DNA of 64,000 bases from the human T2T-CHM13v2.0 reference genome, Homo sapiens: the NCBI RefSeq assembly GCF_009914755.1, contig NC_060941.1; one strand, given 5' to 3'. Each line of letters starts with the position of its first letter. Position 1 is the stretch's first letter. Shown in pieces: positions 33,266-53,692 of the stretch. The notes beneath the pieces were generated by a model that was not told where the DNA came from, made no database searches, and saw nothing but the letters and a program-made list of their open reading frames with translations. The position numbers and the translations under genes are program-made.

Positions 33266-34889
33266 TAAGGCATGAAGATTCTTTTCTGATCCCCACATAT
33301 GAGCATATGGTATGATTGGTTGTGTATGCTTAAGGGAGAGATAGGGCAAGATGTTTGAAATATGGGCCATTTTAGAAAAGCAGGCAATTTTGGCAGTGGA
33401 ACCTTTTACTTTTGCATTTTCCCAGCCCTTCCTAACTTGCAGGTCATACCAGGTGGAGCTGGGGGCCATCTTCCAGGAACGTGCATCCCCAGAGGTGGAT
33501 AGAGGAGGGGTACCATTTCCACAGGACACAGCCAAGGACCTCGTACCTACGTGAGGCACAGGGCCCTGGGTATCCTGCTTCCTGACTTTGCCTGCCTGCC
33601 CTAAACTAAGCTGCCCTTCCCACTTTAGTTCAAAACCAATCCTGTTCTTGCTGGTCCCAGGCCTCCTCTGAACAGGATGGAAATCAATGAACAACTTGCT
33701 GCTATTTGTAGATCTCATTTCCCTGCTGGTCCCCCAACCCTGGATGATCCTGACCAAGTTCAGCCCTGCCCATGCTACTCAGTCAGATGCACTGGCACTG
33801 TGCCCATCCACTCGGAGCCCAGTGCTCAGTACTGGGGCTGGCCCAGGGGAGCCGCAGCCCAGAGGCCCCTGCAGGGGGCAGGGCTTATCCTTTAGCTGGG
33901 ACTAGAGGGTATGGATCCCTGAGAGCCTAGAGGAGATAAGGACAAAGCACAGACTCAGGAATCTGAACTGTTAAGAAAACCCTCCAAGGGATTCAAGGGA
34001 AGCTGGTGCAAGAATTGCTGGGAAATGAACAGCAAGCACTGGCTACTGTCAGCTTCCCTTCCACCTGCTAGCTGTGTGACTTTACTTACCTTCTCTGTGC
34101 CTCAGCATCCTCACCTGTGAAATGATGGCACGAAGAGCTCTGGCCTCGTTGAGCCTCTGCCTGGAGGGTTAACAGAGGAAACATAGGCATAGGGCTTAAC
34201 TCAAAGCCGAGCACTTAACAGGCATTCGTCAGTGATTGACAGCAGCAAGTGAGACCAAGGGCCAGGAGCACCAGCACACTGGCCTTCTGCCTGGCCAGCC
34301 AGCCCCTCCTGGACACCCTTAGGGTCCCTGGGTGGGTAAGCTTGGTAACCTGTCCTAGAGCAGTGTGCCCATGCTGCACTCAAGGCCCATATTAGTCCCC
34401 TGGATGATGAGCGGGAGAGGCTCCCAGGAGGATGAGCAGGGGTAGGCTTGGCCTCGTGGAGGGAAACAAAACATTGACTCCCTAGGAGTTCCTGATCTGC
34501 CAGTCAGGATGATGCTGTTGAGGAAGCTGTAAGGTGTCGCCTTTAGGAGGGGTCAGGGAGGGGTCCCAGCAGGAGGCTAGACACTTCCATGGGTGCTCAG
34601 TCCCTCAGGTTAGAGGGAAAGCCATACAGAGCCTGGGGTGGTGGGGGCCAGTAAGGCAGAGGGGAGCTGGATGCTTCCTTCCCACTGGGGGTGGGTAGTC
34701 AATTCCAAAGAACCACAACCCTTTCTCTTCTTTGATCTCTCTCTCTCTCTTTGTTGCCTTGCCTGTATGTATGGTAAAGCTTTCTCTTCTTCAAAGGGGC
34801 CCCAGGTGCCCAAGACTCCCTTCCCACTACCTTGAGACACACAGGGCATAACAGTTACAAATGTGGAGTTCAGCTCAGCTTGCTTGGTT

Positions 34890-35822
34890 TCTTTTTTCAA
34901 CTTTATTGAAGTATAATTTACATACAATAAAATGTACACATTTTAAGTGTTCAGTTTGATGAGTTTTGACAAATTTATAGACACATATAACTACCACTAC
35001 AATGAAGATATAGGGCATTTGCATCATCCCAAAAAGCTCCCCTGTGCCTCTTCCCCGTAGTTCCCCACCCTTCCCCCAGCCCCCGGCAACCACTGATCTG
35101 CTTTCTGTCACTATAGATTAGATTTGTCTTTTCTGGATTTTCATATAAATGGAATTATGTAATATGTACTCTTGGTTTCTGGCTGCTTTAACTGAGCAGA
35201 ATGTTGATGAGATTCATCCTTGTTTTTATGGTGGTACTTTATTCTTTTTGTTGCTCAGAAGTATCCCATTATTTGCACATACAACAATCTGGCCACTTGC
35301 TGATGGACATTTGTCTTGTTTCCAGGGTTTCAGTTGCTGTGAATGAAGCTACCATGAGCATGTGTGTACACACAGGTCTTTCAGTAAACATATATTTTCA
35401 TTTTTCTTGGTTAAACACCTGAGAGTAGGATAACCGAATCTTGTGGTTATTGTATGCTTAACTTTTCAAGAAACTGACAAACTGTTTTCTGAAGTAGTTG
35501 CACCATTGTACATTTCCATTATCAGCATGTGAGAGTTCCAGTTGCTCCACAAGCTCATCAACACTTACCATGGTCAGTCTTCCAATGGCTGTGCAGTGTA
35601 TGTAATTGTGGTTTTAATTTGCATTTCCCTGATAACGAATAATACTGAATTTTTTTTCATGCACATATTGGCCATCCTATCTCTTCTTTTGACCCTTTTA
35701 CGATGGGATTGTTTGTCTTCTTCCTATTGAATTGTAAGAGTTTGCTGGATACAAGTTCTTTGTCAGATATATGTATTGCAAATATTTTCTCCCAGGATAT
35801 GGCTTGCCTTATTTTCTTAGTT
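34890..35822 (-). mobile_element. Old L1 (L1M-type) 3' end
   Basis: ttttcaactttattgaagtataatttacatacaataaaatgtacac...caaccactgatctgctttctgtcactatagattag...gttttaatttgcatttccctgat. Confidence 0.9.
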
Positions 35823-35840
35823 GTTTATATCTTGATTCTA

Positions 35841-36147
35841 GGCTGGGCATGGTGGCTCATGTCTGTAATCCCAGCAATTTAGGAGGCCAAAGTGGGTGGA
35901 TCATCTGAGGTCAGGAGTTCGAGACCAGCCTGGCCCAACATGGTGAAACCCCATCTCTACTAAAAATACAAAAGTTAGCCGGGCATGGTGGCACATGCCT
36001 GTAATCCCAACTACTCAGGAGGCTGAGGAGTAGAATTACTTGAGCCCGGGAGGTAGAGTTAGCAGTGAGCCAAGATTGCACCACTGCACTCCAGCCTGGG
36101 TAACAAGAGTGAGACTGTCTCAAAAAAAAAAAAAGAAAGAAAAAAAA
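35841..36147 (+). mobile_element. Alu
   Basis: TSD ATCTTGATTCTA at 35829 and 36148. Confidence 0.93.
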
Positions 36148-36345
36148 ATCTTGATTCTATTAGTTCCATGTTGTGCACTCTTGAACAAGGTACTTAGTCT
36201 TTCTGACCCTTCATTTCCTTATCAATAAAATGGGTCTAAAAGTACCTAGCATATAGAAGTGTTGTGACATTTAACTCAATTAATATATGTAAAATACCTA
36301 AACCCAGAGGAGGTCTTCAACTCGTAGTGGTCATTACTGCTATTA

Positions 36346-36417
36346 TTAGGCTGGTGCAAAAGTAATTTGCTATTAGTTTCAATGACAAAAACTGCAATAA
36401 CTTTTACACCAACCTAA
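36346..36417. mobile_element. MADE1 (Hsmar1-derived MITE)
   Basis: TA-flanked TTAGGCTGGTGCAAAAGTAATT...AATAACTTTTACACCAACCTAA inverted repeats. Confidence 0.88.
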
Positions 36418-37891
36418 TATTTTCAGGCAGTTAATGGCTTCTCTTTCCCCTCTCCTGGATCTGGCCCTGATAGGTTGATATCTCTTTTCTGTCCATCTAG
36501 CTCCTGAGGATCCCATGGGCAGGCAAGGCAGGGACAGGATGGAAATAGGATGATGACTTAAGTCATCCTGTGCCCATCCTGCCCAGACACACAAATTTGG
36601 GAACCACAAGGTACTGAGCCCAGGGGCCCACCATCCTGGAGCCTCAGAGAGAAGGAAAAAGTCTCTGGGACCCCATAGCTCCTACTTGTGGACCCATGCA
36701 CATTCACAATTCCTTAGTCACAAAGTCTACACAAACATATGTATGCCACCCCATCACACTCTGCCTGGCACCTGCACAAACTCAGACACTTACACGGGAA
36801 GAGAAATGCAGCCATCACTCTACTCCCCAACCCCCACTGCCACTGATCAGGAAGAGCCAGCTTACTGGCCAGACCATGCATAATTCAGAGGTTTGGCCCA
36901 AAATAGTTCTATCAGGCCCAGATTCTCCAGTGGGGGCTAGGGGAGGAGCAGGAGCAGCAAAGGGAGTGGGGAGAGACATCTCAACTTGGAGAAGACCCTA
37001 GAGTCTGCCTCCTGCCCTAGGTGCCTGGGCAGAGCCTGGGGGCCAGGGGAACTTCAGCGCAGCCTGAAGCACTCACTTCCCAAGTTCCCTCTCCCCCCCA
37101 CACATCCCCAAATCCTCCCACCCTGGGGAGACAGGGTCACCCGCAGGCAGCTGGGAGTGCCAACACCTGGCCATTCACACCTGCTGGGGCCTGGAGTCCT
37201 CACCTGTGTGTGTCAGGCTCCCCAGCACCTCCCCAGGGCCCAGGCTGAGAGGGACACTGCTGAGTTCTCAGGCATCTTTGTCCCAGGTCTCCTGTCTTCA
37301 CTTCACCAATCAATCAGTTGATAAGTCCACAAATATTTACTGAGCACAAGCCCGGGCAAAGCTGGGTCCTAGGACTTCAGAGGGCACCTGGCTGTGCATG
37401 GAGAGGCTCAGAACTTGCTGAGGAGGCAGGAAATCCACAGAAAGGACAAAGACTGGGTCAGAGAGGGACAGGCCATGGAGCTAGGGATGCAGGCGGGGAA
37501 AAGCTTCCAGCTGAAAGCCTGACTTGAGCTGGGCCTGCCCAGGTGAAGGCCTGGATTCAGAGAGATGGAAAGGCAGGTGGGAGGGACAGGGTCGGCTGGA
37601 TGGGGGCAGAGGGTCCGAGGCTATCTGGATGTTAGTAAGAAGATTGGCTGATGGAACTGGAGTCATGTGAGGAAGTCATGGGGCAGGACTGGCATGGCCT
37701 TCAACCTTTGGTAGTTCAACAAGGATGGGGACTGCACCATATACAACTCCCGGGGGTTTCCCAAGATTCTCCAACGTGATGTTAAGTGCTTTGCTTTGGA
37801 GTCAGCCTACTGGGATTCAAATCCCAAAATCACTATGTCATTGCCCCATGACTTTGGGCAAGTGACTTAAGGTGTGTTTCCTTATGTGTTA

Positions 37892-38996
<1,105 letters not shown>

Positions 38997-39452
38997 GAGA
39001 GAGAGAGAGATGGTGCTGGTGGACAGAAAGCAAGAGGGCCTTCTGACGGAGGAGGTCTTTCAGCTGTGATTTGAGACAAGGTGCCTGATCCAGAACTAGA
39101 GGCAATGTGAACTGGTGGGCCCAGTGATATGGGGGCCATGTAATCCGTGGAACACCACACTTTCCATGACACCCTGGGAGTCACAGGAGGGTTTTGGTTT
39201 TGCTTTCCTGTGTTTTTTCCCTGCACAGAGTCTGAATGAGGGTTGCTTTGACTCTACGTTCTGAAAGGCTCCTTTCCTCCTCTCCAGCTCGGGCTCCATC
39301 CATCTCTTTGGGCCTCTGGCTCAGTCTCTCCATCACTCTGCCTCCACCTCTTTTGGTCTTACTGATTTTGTCTTTCCCTGAGCCCCTTTCTCCCTCTCTT
39401 CCTGGTTCCAAGCCTCTCACAGGCTCTGATTCCATCTTCCCCACCTCTCCTT

Positions 39453-39456
<4 letters not shown>

Positions 39457-39494
<38 letters not shown>
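39457..39494. repeat. (CT)n microsatellite
   Basis: Direct inspection. Confidence 0.95.
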
Positions 39495-39498
<4 letters not shown>

Positions 39499-40774
39499 TC
39501 TCTCCAGGGACCTTTGTAAAACTCTGCACTCTCTTCCTGGAGACTGGGGGCAGCTGGGGAGTGGGGATCGGAGTCCCTGCCTCTAGGGGCCCATGCCCCA
39601 GGCCCAGCTCTGTTGATTAGGGCTTTTTTCAGAGGACTGGAGACATCAATGACTGTTACAAGCTTCACCAATGCTGCTAATATTAGCCCAGGAAGGCAGC
39701 TCACTGATGGATTAGGAGAAATTAAGAATTCAAATTCTGTAATTCGAATTGGAGGGCTGCTGCTTGCTGACAGCTAATACTTCCCCAGAAATTAATACTT
39801 CCCCAGAAATTAATGAGTGAAGGAGGGATGGCAGCACTGGTTTTCTTCTTTGACAATACAATTTTCCCCCGTGATCCACACCTTTGAAACCCCCATCTCC
39901 AGGCAGGCACTCGCCTGAAGGGCCGGGGTCCTGTTTGTCTCAGATCTTATTTGTGGATTCCAGAAATTCTCGGGAAGTGGCCTTCTCATTCCCAGCTGAG
40001 CCCTCTGCATCTGCCTGCTGGTGCCTCAGCATGAGGCCGGCTGGCTCTGGGAGAGGCAAGGTGAAGCTGGAGAAAGGACAGGGTCAGGGCACCGGCAGAG
40101 CTTGCTTTCAGTCCCCTCCTGGCTGTGTGTGACCCTGACAAAGGTCCGAACCTGTCTGTAAAATGGAAATTATAATTTCCCGCATTAGGGGATGTTGGAG
40201 GCACAGAGGCAAGCATCTCACAGCTACCTTCCTTCCTCTCTCACCGCTTCCCTTTCTCCCTGGGCATTTCTGCTGTTTGGTCCTTCAGAATACCCACCAA
40301 CCTCCTCTCAGCCAAACCACACTGAGACCTCCTTGAAACTGCCTCCCCAGGAAGTCTGCCTGGGCTTCGTTCTGTTGAGATTGACTGGCTCCTGAGTGCT
40401 CACGGCCTCATTTCTGAACCATCTCTCCTGCTGTCTCAGAGTTTTAGATGATTTCTAAGAAGAGAGTGTCCTGTCTCCCAAACCAGATTGTTATTCTCCT
40501 GGAGGTGGCACTGGCCCTGTGCCTCAAACCCAGTAGGTGCTCAGTACCTGGCAAATGAATTGAACCAACACCTTCTGTCCTCTTTGCGCCTGCCTCACTG
40601 TCCCTTCACCCATGCCCAGTGATGCTTGTTGATGGCAGGTGGGTGCTGGGGCTGGGGTCTGGCCAGTCTTCCCTGCAGTCCCAGTGCCCATGTCTTGGGT
40701 GGGGGGGAAGGGTGGTGGGGGAGACACATTCCTGCTGTGAGTAGTACATTCTCCAAAATGGCACCTTTAAGGCA

Positions 40775-40776
<2 letters not shown>

Positions 40777-40824
<48 letters not shown>

Positions 40825-40838
40825 TAATATATATATAT
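40777..40838. repeat. (TA)n microsatellite at an Alu tail
   Basis: Direct inspection. Confidence 0.95.
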
Positions 40839-40839
40839 G

Positions 40840-41875
<1,036 letters not shown>

Positions 41876-42584
41876 ACAATTTTTAAAGAAGTGTTGACAT
41901 GGTGTTTGTTAAGGTGTGGAGAAAAGGAGTTACAGAGAGCCCTGAGAAAGCCAGACCTCAAGACCATGAAGATGCGTCCTTCCTCCTGGCCCCTCAACCT
42001 TTCAGCACACCCCTCCCCTCTCCTCCTGCCCCAATCCCAGGCCCACTCTCGCTCCTGGCACCTGGCTGAGCTCTGGCTCGGGGTGGGGAGGGACATCCTT
42101 AGCTGCGAGGCAGATGGGCTCTACAAGGCTCAGCGCCTACAAGCCCCTGCAGAATTGGCCACCAAAGAGTTGGTGCTGGACTTCTCTAGCCTCATGGAGA
42201 GCCAGAGCACAGGGAGAACCAGTGCAAATGGCTTCCTTCGTTCCTGGGAGGGGTCTTGGGGGTCACCTAGGACCCTCTCTTTGACAGATGGGAAAACCAA
42301 AGCTCAGAAAGGTTAGCATATGTTCAAACACCAGTCATCTGTCTAGCAGGGAGAAAGGGTGATCCCAGGAGCAGATAAATCCAAATCCCTTTCAAAGGCC
42401 CTCCTGGATCCTGGAAAATCAAATGTTCTTTCCAACTCTGCTTCCTTGGGCTAGTGTTTGAGCAAAAGTCTATTCCAGGTGGGCTGGGACTGGGGGCAGA
42501 GGAGGGAAGGAAATTGGCAGGAAAGTAGTTTTCTAAGTGGCTGATGGCTGCTTTGGGCAGGAGACAGGCTGCTAGGAACCTGTT

Positions 42585-42873
42585 CCCTCCAACCCCCTCC
42601 AACCCCCTCCAACCCCCTCCAACCCCTCCAACCCCCTCCAACCCCCTCCAACCCCCTCCAACCCCTCCAACCCCCTCCAACCCCCTCCAACCCCCCCAAC
42701 CCCCTCCAACCCCCTCCAACCCCTCCAACCCCCTCCAACCCCCTCCAACCCCCTCCAACCCCTCCAACCCCCTCCAACCCCCTCCAACCCCCCCAACCCC
42801 CCCAACCCCCTCCAAACCCCCCCAACCCCCTCCAACCCCCTCCAACCCCCTCCAACCCCCTCCAACCCCCTCC
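42585..42873. repeat. (CCCCCTCCAA)n / (CCCCTCCAA)n minisatellite, ~30 units
   Basis: Direct inspection; 9- and 10-bp units are interspersed. Confidence 0.95.
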
Positions 42874-43215
42874 ACAACCCACTTGCCTGGGAAGCCTTTC
42901 TCCCCACACCCATTTTCTCTTTCCGGCTGAGGCTTACCCTCCATCTACGATGAACGTGGGGGGCCTGGGGAGAGGTAGGGGGCTGGGAAGCAGTCCTGTC
43001 TGCCTTTCGAACCTCATGGGCAGGTGGGGCTCCCCTGCCTGACATTCCTATGCTGCTCCCGCCCCCGCGTGGCTCCTCTGATGCCCAAATCGCCTTTTCC
43101 CAGATCCAATTAAAACAGCGTTTGGAGCAAGGTTGAAATAATCACATAATAATTTTCTCCAGTAAAGTTACTGGCTGGAGCCCGATTTGAAAGCTGAGCT
43201 GGTAATTGAATCTGA

Positions 43216-43846
<631 letters not shown>

Positions 43847-44578
43847 CAGCCACTGCTTTAATCTCCACTTCAGGTTTCCTGACTCCCAGGCCCTCCCCAC
43901 TCTCTCCTGCTCTGCCCATCTTCCTCCACCATCTCCCAGGATTTCCTGGTCCCACCCTAACCTCTCTGCAGCAGGGAGGGGAAGTGACTACCTGCATGAT
44001 CTCTGGGCCAGCGGGCTGTGCAGCAGGGGCTCCCTGCACATCAACAGCTGACATGACCAGACTGGGCAGCCCTGCTTGGTCCTCCACCATGTCCTCCCTC
44101 TCAGCATTTGACTGGGGGCTCAGACTATCTGCCATGTGTGGCTCATTCATTTCTTCCCTCCTCCCTTTCTTTCCTCCACTCTAAATATTCTTTATGTCCC
44201 TACTGCCTGTGAGGCCCTGAGCAGGATCCTCCCGCAATCGGGAGGTATAGACAGAGCGGCAGCTGTGCTCACAGGCCCGTGGCAGAGGTGAGCAAGTTAA
44301 CACAACAAGAGGGGGCCCTCACCTGCAGCTGGGGGACGGGGCATCCTGGCTGAAGTGACCTCTAAGCTGACGTCTCAAAGCTGAAGAGAAGTGCGTGACT
44401 CAAGACAAATGCAAAGGCTGGGAAGCAGGAAACGCCCGGGTGTGATCTTGGGCAAGTTGAGGTCTCAGTTTCCTCATCTCTAGAATGAACTCCTGGCTCA
44501 GTTTGCCTCGTGAGATTCTGGGGAAGAACGAACATGGAGGTGTCTGTAAGATGGAAAATCCCACTTAACTGATGATCG

Positions 44579-44904
<326 letters not shown>

Positions 44905-45141
44905 AATGATTGTTGCTAATGGAGGGCATTTGTCCCCTATCCTAGACAAGGGACAGAGTCTGGGGGCGGGGTGGGTCAGTGGTCGGGGTGGTGAGGGAGG
45001 CCGGAGGTGGGAGGAATGGGAATCGAGGACTTGCTCTGCAGAGTCCTTGTGGCTATTCGAGACTGGAAGCCAGCAGCTGGATGGGGGCGTTTTCTCACCA
45101 CATGGCTGGGAGTTGTGGGGATGGAAGAAACCATAGGGTTT

Positions 45142-45483
<342 letters not shown>

Positions 45484-47190
45484 TCACTATCCTCTGGGCC
45501 TGGGGCATGCTAAGCCCCAGGAGTCAAGGTGGGACTCTGAAGGGATCTACTCCCCTCCCTGCACCTCTCAGCCAATCAATGTCTGCTCTGCCCTCCCTGA
45601 CTTCAGCAGAGTTGGTGCCAGATCCTGGAACTCACTGATTGGTTGAGGGAGCAACCCCTCTGCCCACCCCTCACCATGGAGGCTTTTGGAGAGACCTAGC
45701 CATGGGCAAGCTTTGTGCCCTGCAAATGGCTCAGTGGTACCAACCACTGAGCTGCCTGCCCCTGGGCCCTCATAAGACCATGTCTGCAGCCTCAGTGGCC
45801 TTCTGGGCACGGCTGGCCTCCTGGTCAGCAGCTGTAGGGGTGAGTCACGGCTCTCATTAGAGCTTAATTAATCAATTGAGCTAATCAGACAGCTGTGATG
45901 TGCTGTGGTTGCAGATGGGGGGGAGAGGGAGAGAGTTGGAGCGTGAGGGACTGGTAAGGCGAGCTGGGGCTGGCAGGGCCTGGAGTGGCGGCAGGGCCTG
46001 GAGTGGCAACAGAGTCTGGTGGGTTGGCAAGGGCGGAGGGCACTGGAAAGGAGGATGAATGATCCTGACAAAGGCCCGTGATAGGTTGCTCTGAAAGGTG
46101 ACCTTGGCAAGGTGCCAGAGACCGAGGCTGGGGGAGGAGGAAGCAGGACCTCTCCCACCTCCAGCTTCCTCTCTCATTTTTTATCTTGTTAAGTGTGTCT
46201 CCAAAGCTTTTTGAAATCCTCCACTGAATGGGATGGGAAAAGGAGACAAAGACAAAAAAAGGTAGGTCCTCACATTCCCAGTGATCCCAGTCTGATGGGG
46301 GAGGCCAGAGGTCTACTGGCAGCACAGACAGAGACCCAGACTAAGAGATGGAGACAGAGACACGGTGTCTCTCCAGGTGAGCTGCTCAGGCTTGGACATC
46401 TGGACTGGGTGGATGGGGAGGAGCCAGAGGGACCAGAGCCAAGGGTAGGCGGGAGTCCAGTAAGAATATTGGGAGGAGGGGAGCGCCTGAGCGGGTTTTA
46501 CAATGTGATGTGCAAAATCTTGTTTCATCTATTTTTTTCTCACATCCGACCTTGGTGTTACCTTGGGGTGGGGAGCGAGCAGGGCAGGAAGTGCAATGGT
46601 GGGAAATGGGTTCCGAGAGGACTCATGGACAGCTGGGATAGCTCTGCCCTCCAGGGGCTTCCATTTCCAGAGGCTTACCGGGAGTCTGAGGCTGTGAGAG
46701 AGAAAGATCCAGGGCCTGGGACATGCAAGGGGCTACGGGAGATGGATCAGAGGAGGGCAAGCATTTCTGATGAGGCTACCTGGTAAGGATTCCTCCCAGA
46801 AGAGGTGGCATTTGAGCCAGGTCTTTCAGAATGGATGGATTTCAATCAGCAGAATTGGGTGTGGAGAGGAAGAAGGATGTTGCAGGAGGAGAAACGGCCC
46901 AGGCAAAGGCAGAGAGGCTGGACAGCCTTAGGCAGGGCCAGTTGGCACAGCAAGTTGGGCCGGAAACAAGGTTACTGTTTGTGTCAGGTGGAAAGAGCTT
47001 GATGGTGAAGGGCTCTTGGAATCCCAAACCAAGGAGTTTGAAAGGGAATTTGGTAGACACTAGGAATCACTGTAAGTCTCTAACTGGGAAGAATAGGCTG
47101 AAAGTAGCTGTACAGAGAGGATGTCTATGGAAACAGTTCTTTGTAGGATGGAACCAAGAAGGAAGAAACCTGAAACAAGAAGAAAGAAAT

Positions 47191-48792
<1,602 letters not shown>

Positions 48793-49884
48793 GATATAAC
48801 TGAGGGCTCACTGTGGCTCTCGGGACCTGGCAGGTGGGCTGGGGGCTTGGTCCTGGGGTAGCCTGGTGCTTCTCTCCACACTCCTCCCCAGGCAGGGCAA
48901 TTGTGCAGCTAGGACAGGGAAGACCAGTGGGAAGTAGGGGCTGGGACCACTTGGGCACAAGATCAGCTGGCCCAGGTGTGAGATTCAGGTTTCCAGGTCC
49001 CCTTCCCTGGCTCCCAGCATCAGCAGAAAATGTCAGACTAGACCCACGAGGGCCTCCCAGCCAGCACTCGGCTGCCTTTGCATTGCCCTGAAATAGCCCT
49101 GTCCACTCCTTCCCACAAACCCTCGCGCCTAGAGCAGCTGAGAAGGAGGTCCTGGGTATCCTGGCCCCACCCCAGCGTGTCCAGCTCACCCACTGCTGGA
49201 TGTGCTGTGTGGCTCTCAGAAAATCACACCCTTTCTGGGCCGCCCATCCTACCCTCTTTCTCCAGCCTCCCACTGAAGTTGGAGGGCCCCTGCAGACTCT
49301 GGGAGTACAGCCAGCAATAGCCAACCAAGGGAGGGGCGGCCTCAAAAGGGGCTCCCTCCCTCCCTCCTCACTTTCTCTTTTCCTCGCGCACGTTCATGGC
49401 TTACAAGCATACTGTCTTTGTATAAGAAACCTTTTTACAGCCTTTAAAGCAGGGTTGATCACAGCTATTCCCATTTGAGTGATGGTGCAGTTCCAAGAGG
49501 GGCCTTACCTTAGATGCTACAGCCAGAAGACTAGGCACTGACTGGGAATGAGAAGTACCCAAGCCCAGCTGTCAGGCTCTTCCCTCCAAACCAGCTGCTC
49601 TAGTTGCCAGGAGACTCTGGAAAGGAGAGCTCAGTGTCTGCCCCAGCCCGGCCCCTATCCTGGCGAAGTGGCCATTAGTCTGCCTCCCCCAGAGAGCCCC
49701 TGCTGGGGCACTGTAATGCCTCAGAGGCCAGAAAGTTGCTCCCACCCCCAGCAAAAGGGGGGCTCTGCCCTGTATTTCTCAGGGGCTCACTTCACCTTCT
49801 GCCTCCAGAGGTCCCTCCTCACTATCACAGGGAGGGGGCAGGGGTCGGGGCAGAAGCTCCTATCCTGTGGGCTTCTCATTCCAG

Positions 49885-51770
<1,886 letters not shown>

Positions 51771-53071
51771 CCCAGATAACAATAGCCCCTCAGCCCTGTC
51801 CAGTGTTTTGTATAATCTCTTTTAAAAACTCTGAGACCAGTGGGGTAGGGGCCACCTGCCTCTATTTTACAGACAGGGAAGGTGAGACTCTATGAGGTCA
51901 GATGACTTGGTCAAGGTCATATAGCCAGGAAGGGGTGGAGGCCCAGGTTTTCCTGACTCTAGATCTGAGACAATCCAGAGAGATGTCCCTGCTTCCCCAT
52001 GGGCATTGACCCACACTGGATCACTCACTACACCCAGCCCCTCCTGCAGCCACTGCCCCCTCCCCACACTCCAGGAATCTTCCACTAGAAACAGCCCCCT
52101 GACAAATCCCATTAAGACAAATGCCTCTTGGGCCTCTGTTGAAGCCGAAGTCTGATTTGAGTTAGACTCTGGCCTACGATTCCCCGTCAAAGCTGCTGCC
52201 TTCACCCTGCAACTAAAGCCATGGCTCCTTTGTACCTGCTGCCACTCACATACATCAGGGTAGAAGAAGCAATGGCCACTGCTCCCTGGGACATGCCCAT
52301 TTCTCTCCCACCCATACTCCTCCACCTGGGTTCCGCCTTATCTAGCTACTCCTTGAAGATGGGCATATTCAGTGATTCTAGGGGACTGTTTCTTTAATTT
52401 CCCCCCCGTCTGTCCCTGGAACGTGATAAAAATACCCAGCATTGATCTTTTTTTCTTCCCTTTCTGCCAGGATAATGTTTACCCAGGTGTCAATCAGGAG
52501 AAGAATTTGGCTTCCTAATTTCTCTTCTCCTCCCTGGGGGCCGCACATCTCCCTGCCTCGCATGGACACTGAGCTGGAATCAAGGTTACTAATAATCCCC
52601 CAGCACACACAGACACCGAAAGCACATATATTAAAGTCACATATTGATTTATATTTTCGGGTCCCTCTGCCTTTCTGCCCAGCCTCAGCCTTTCTCTTTG
52701 CCAAGGAGAAAAAAGAATTACACAGCCATATTTTTCGCCAAGATGTTTAGTGTAAAGAGCATTGTGTCTGAAGGTAATTCCCGCTCTCCCACCCTCTTTG
52801 CGGGTATTTTAAAAAAATAGTGTGGCATTGCCTATCCATATGCATTTATCTTTTTGCTGTTCGTTGTTTCAATTTTCCCTGAGGGTACCAAAGAGAGATT
52901 TAAGGTAGACTGTCAGAAGGTCTTCCTGGCTTGACAAATGGTGGGCTGCCATCTCCAAAGAGGCTGGTTGTTTCGCCAGCAGAGATAATCCTATTGCAGG
53001 TAGGGGTGGAGTGGGTAAGAGTGAGTGTAGAAGGCAGGGCAATGGATTCAGCAGCCTCTAGAGGTCACCCC

Positions 53072-53692
<621 letters not shown>

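Noticed and set aside
42324-43045. Several 128-206 aa ORFs
   Set aside because: Products of the CCCCCTCCAA repeat.
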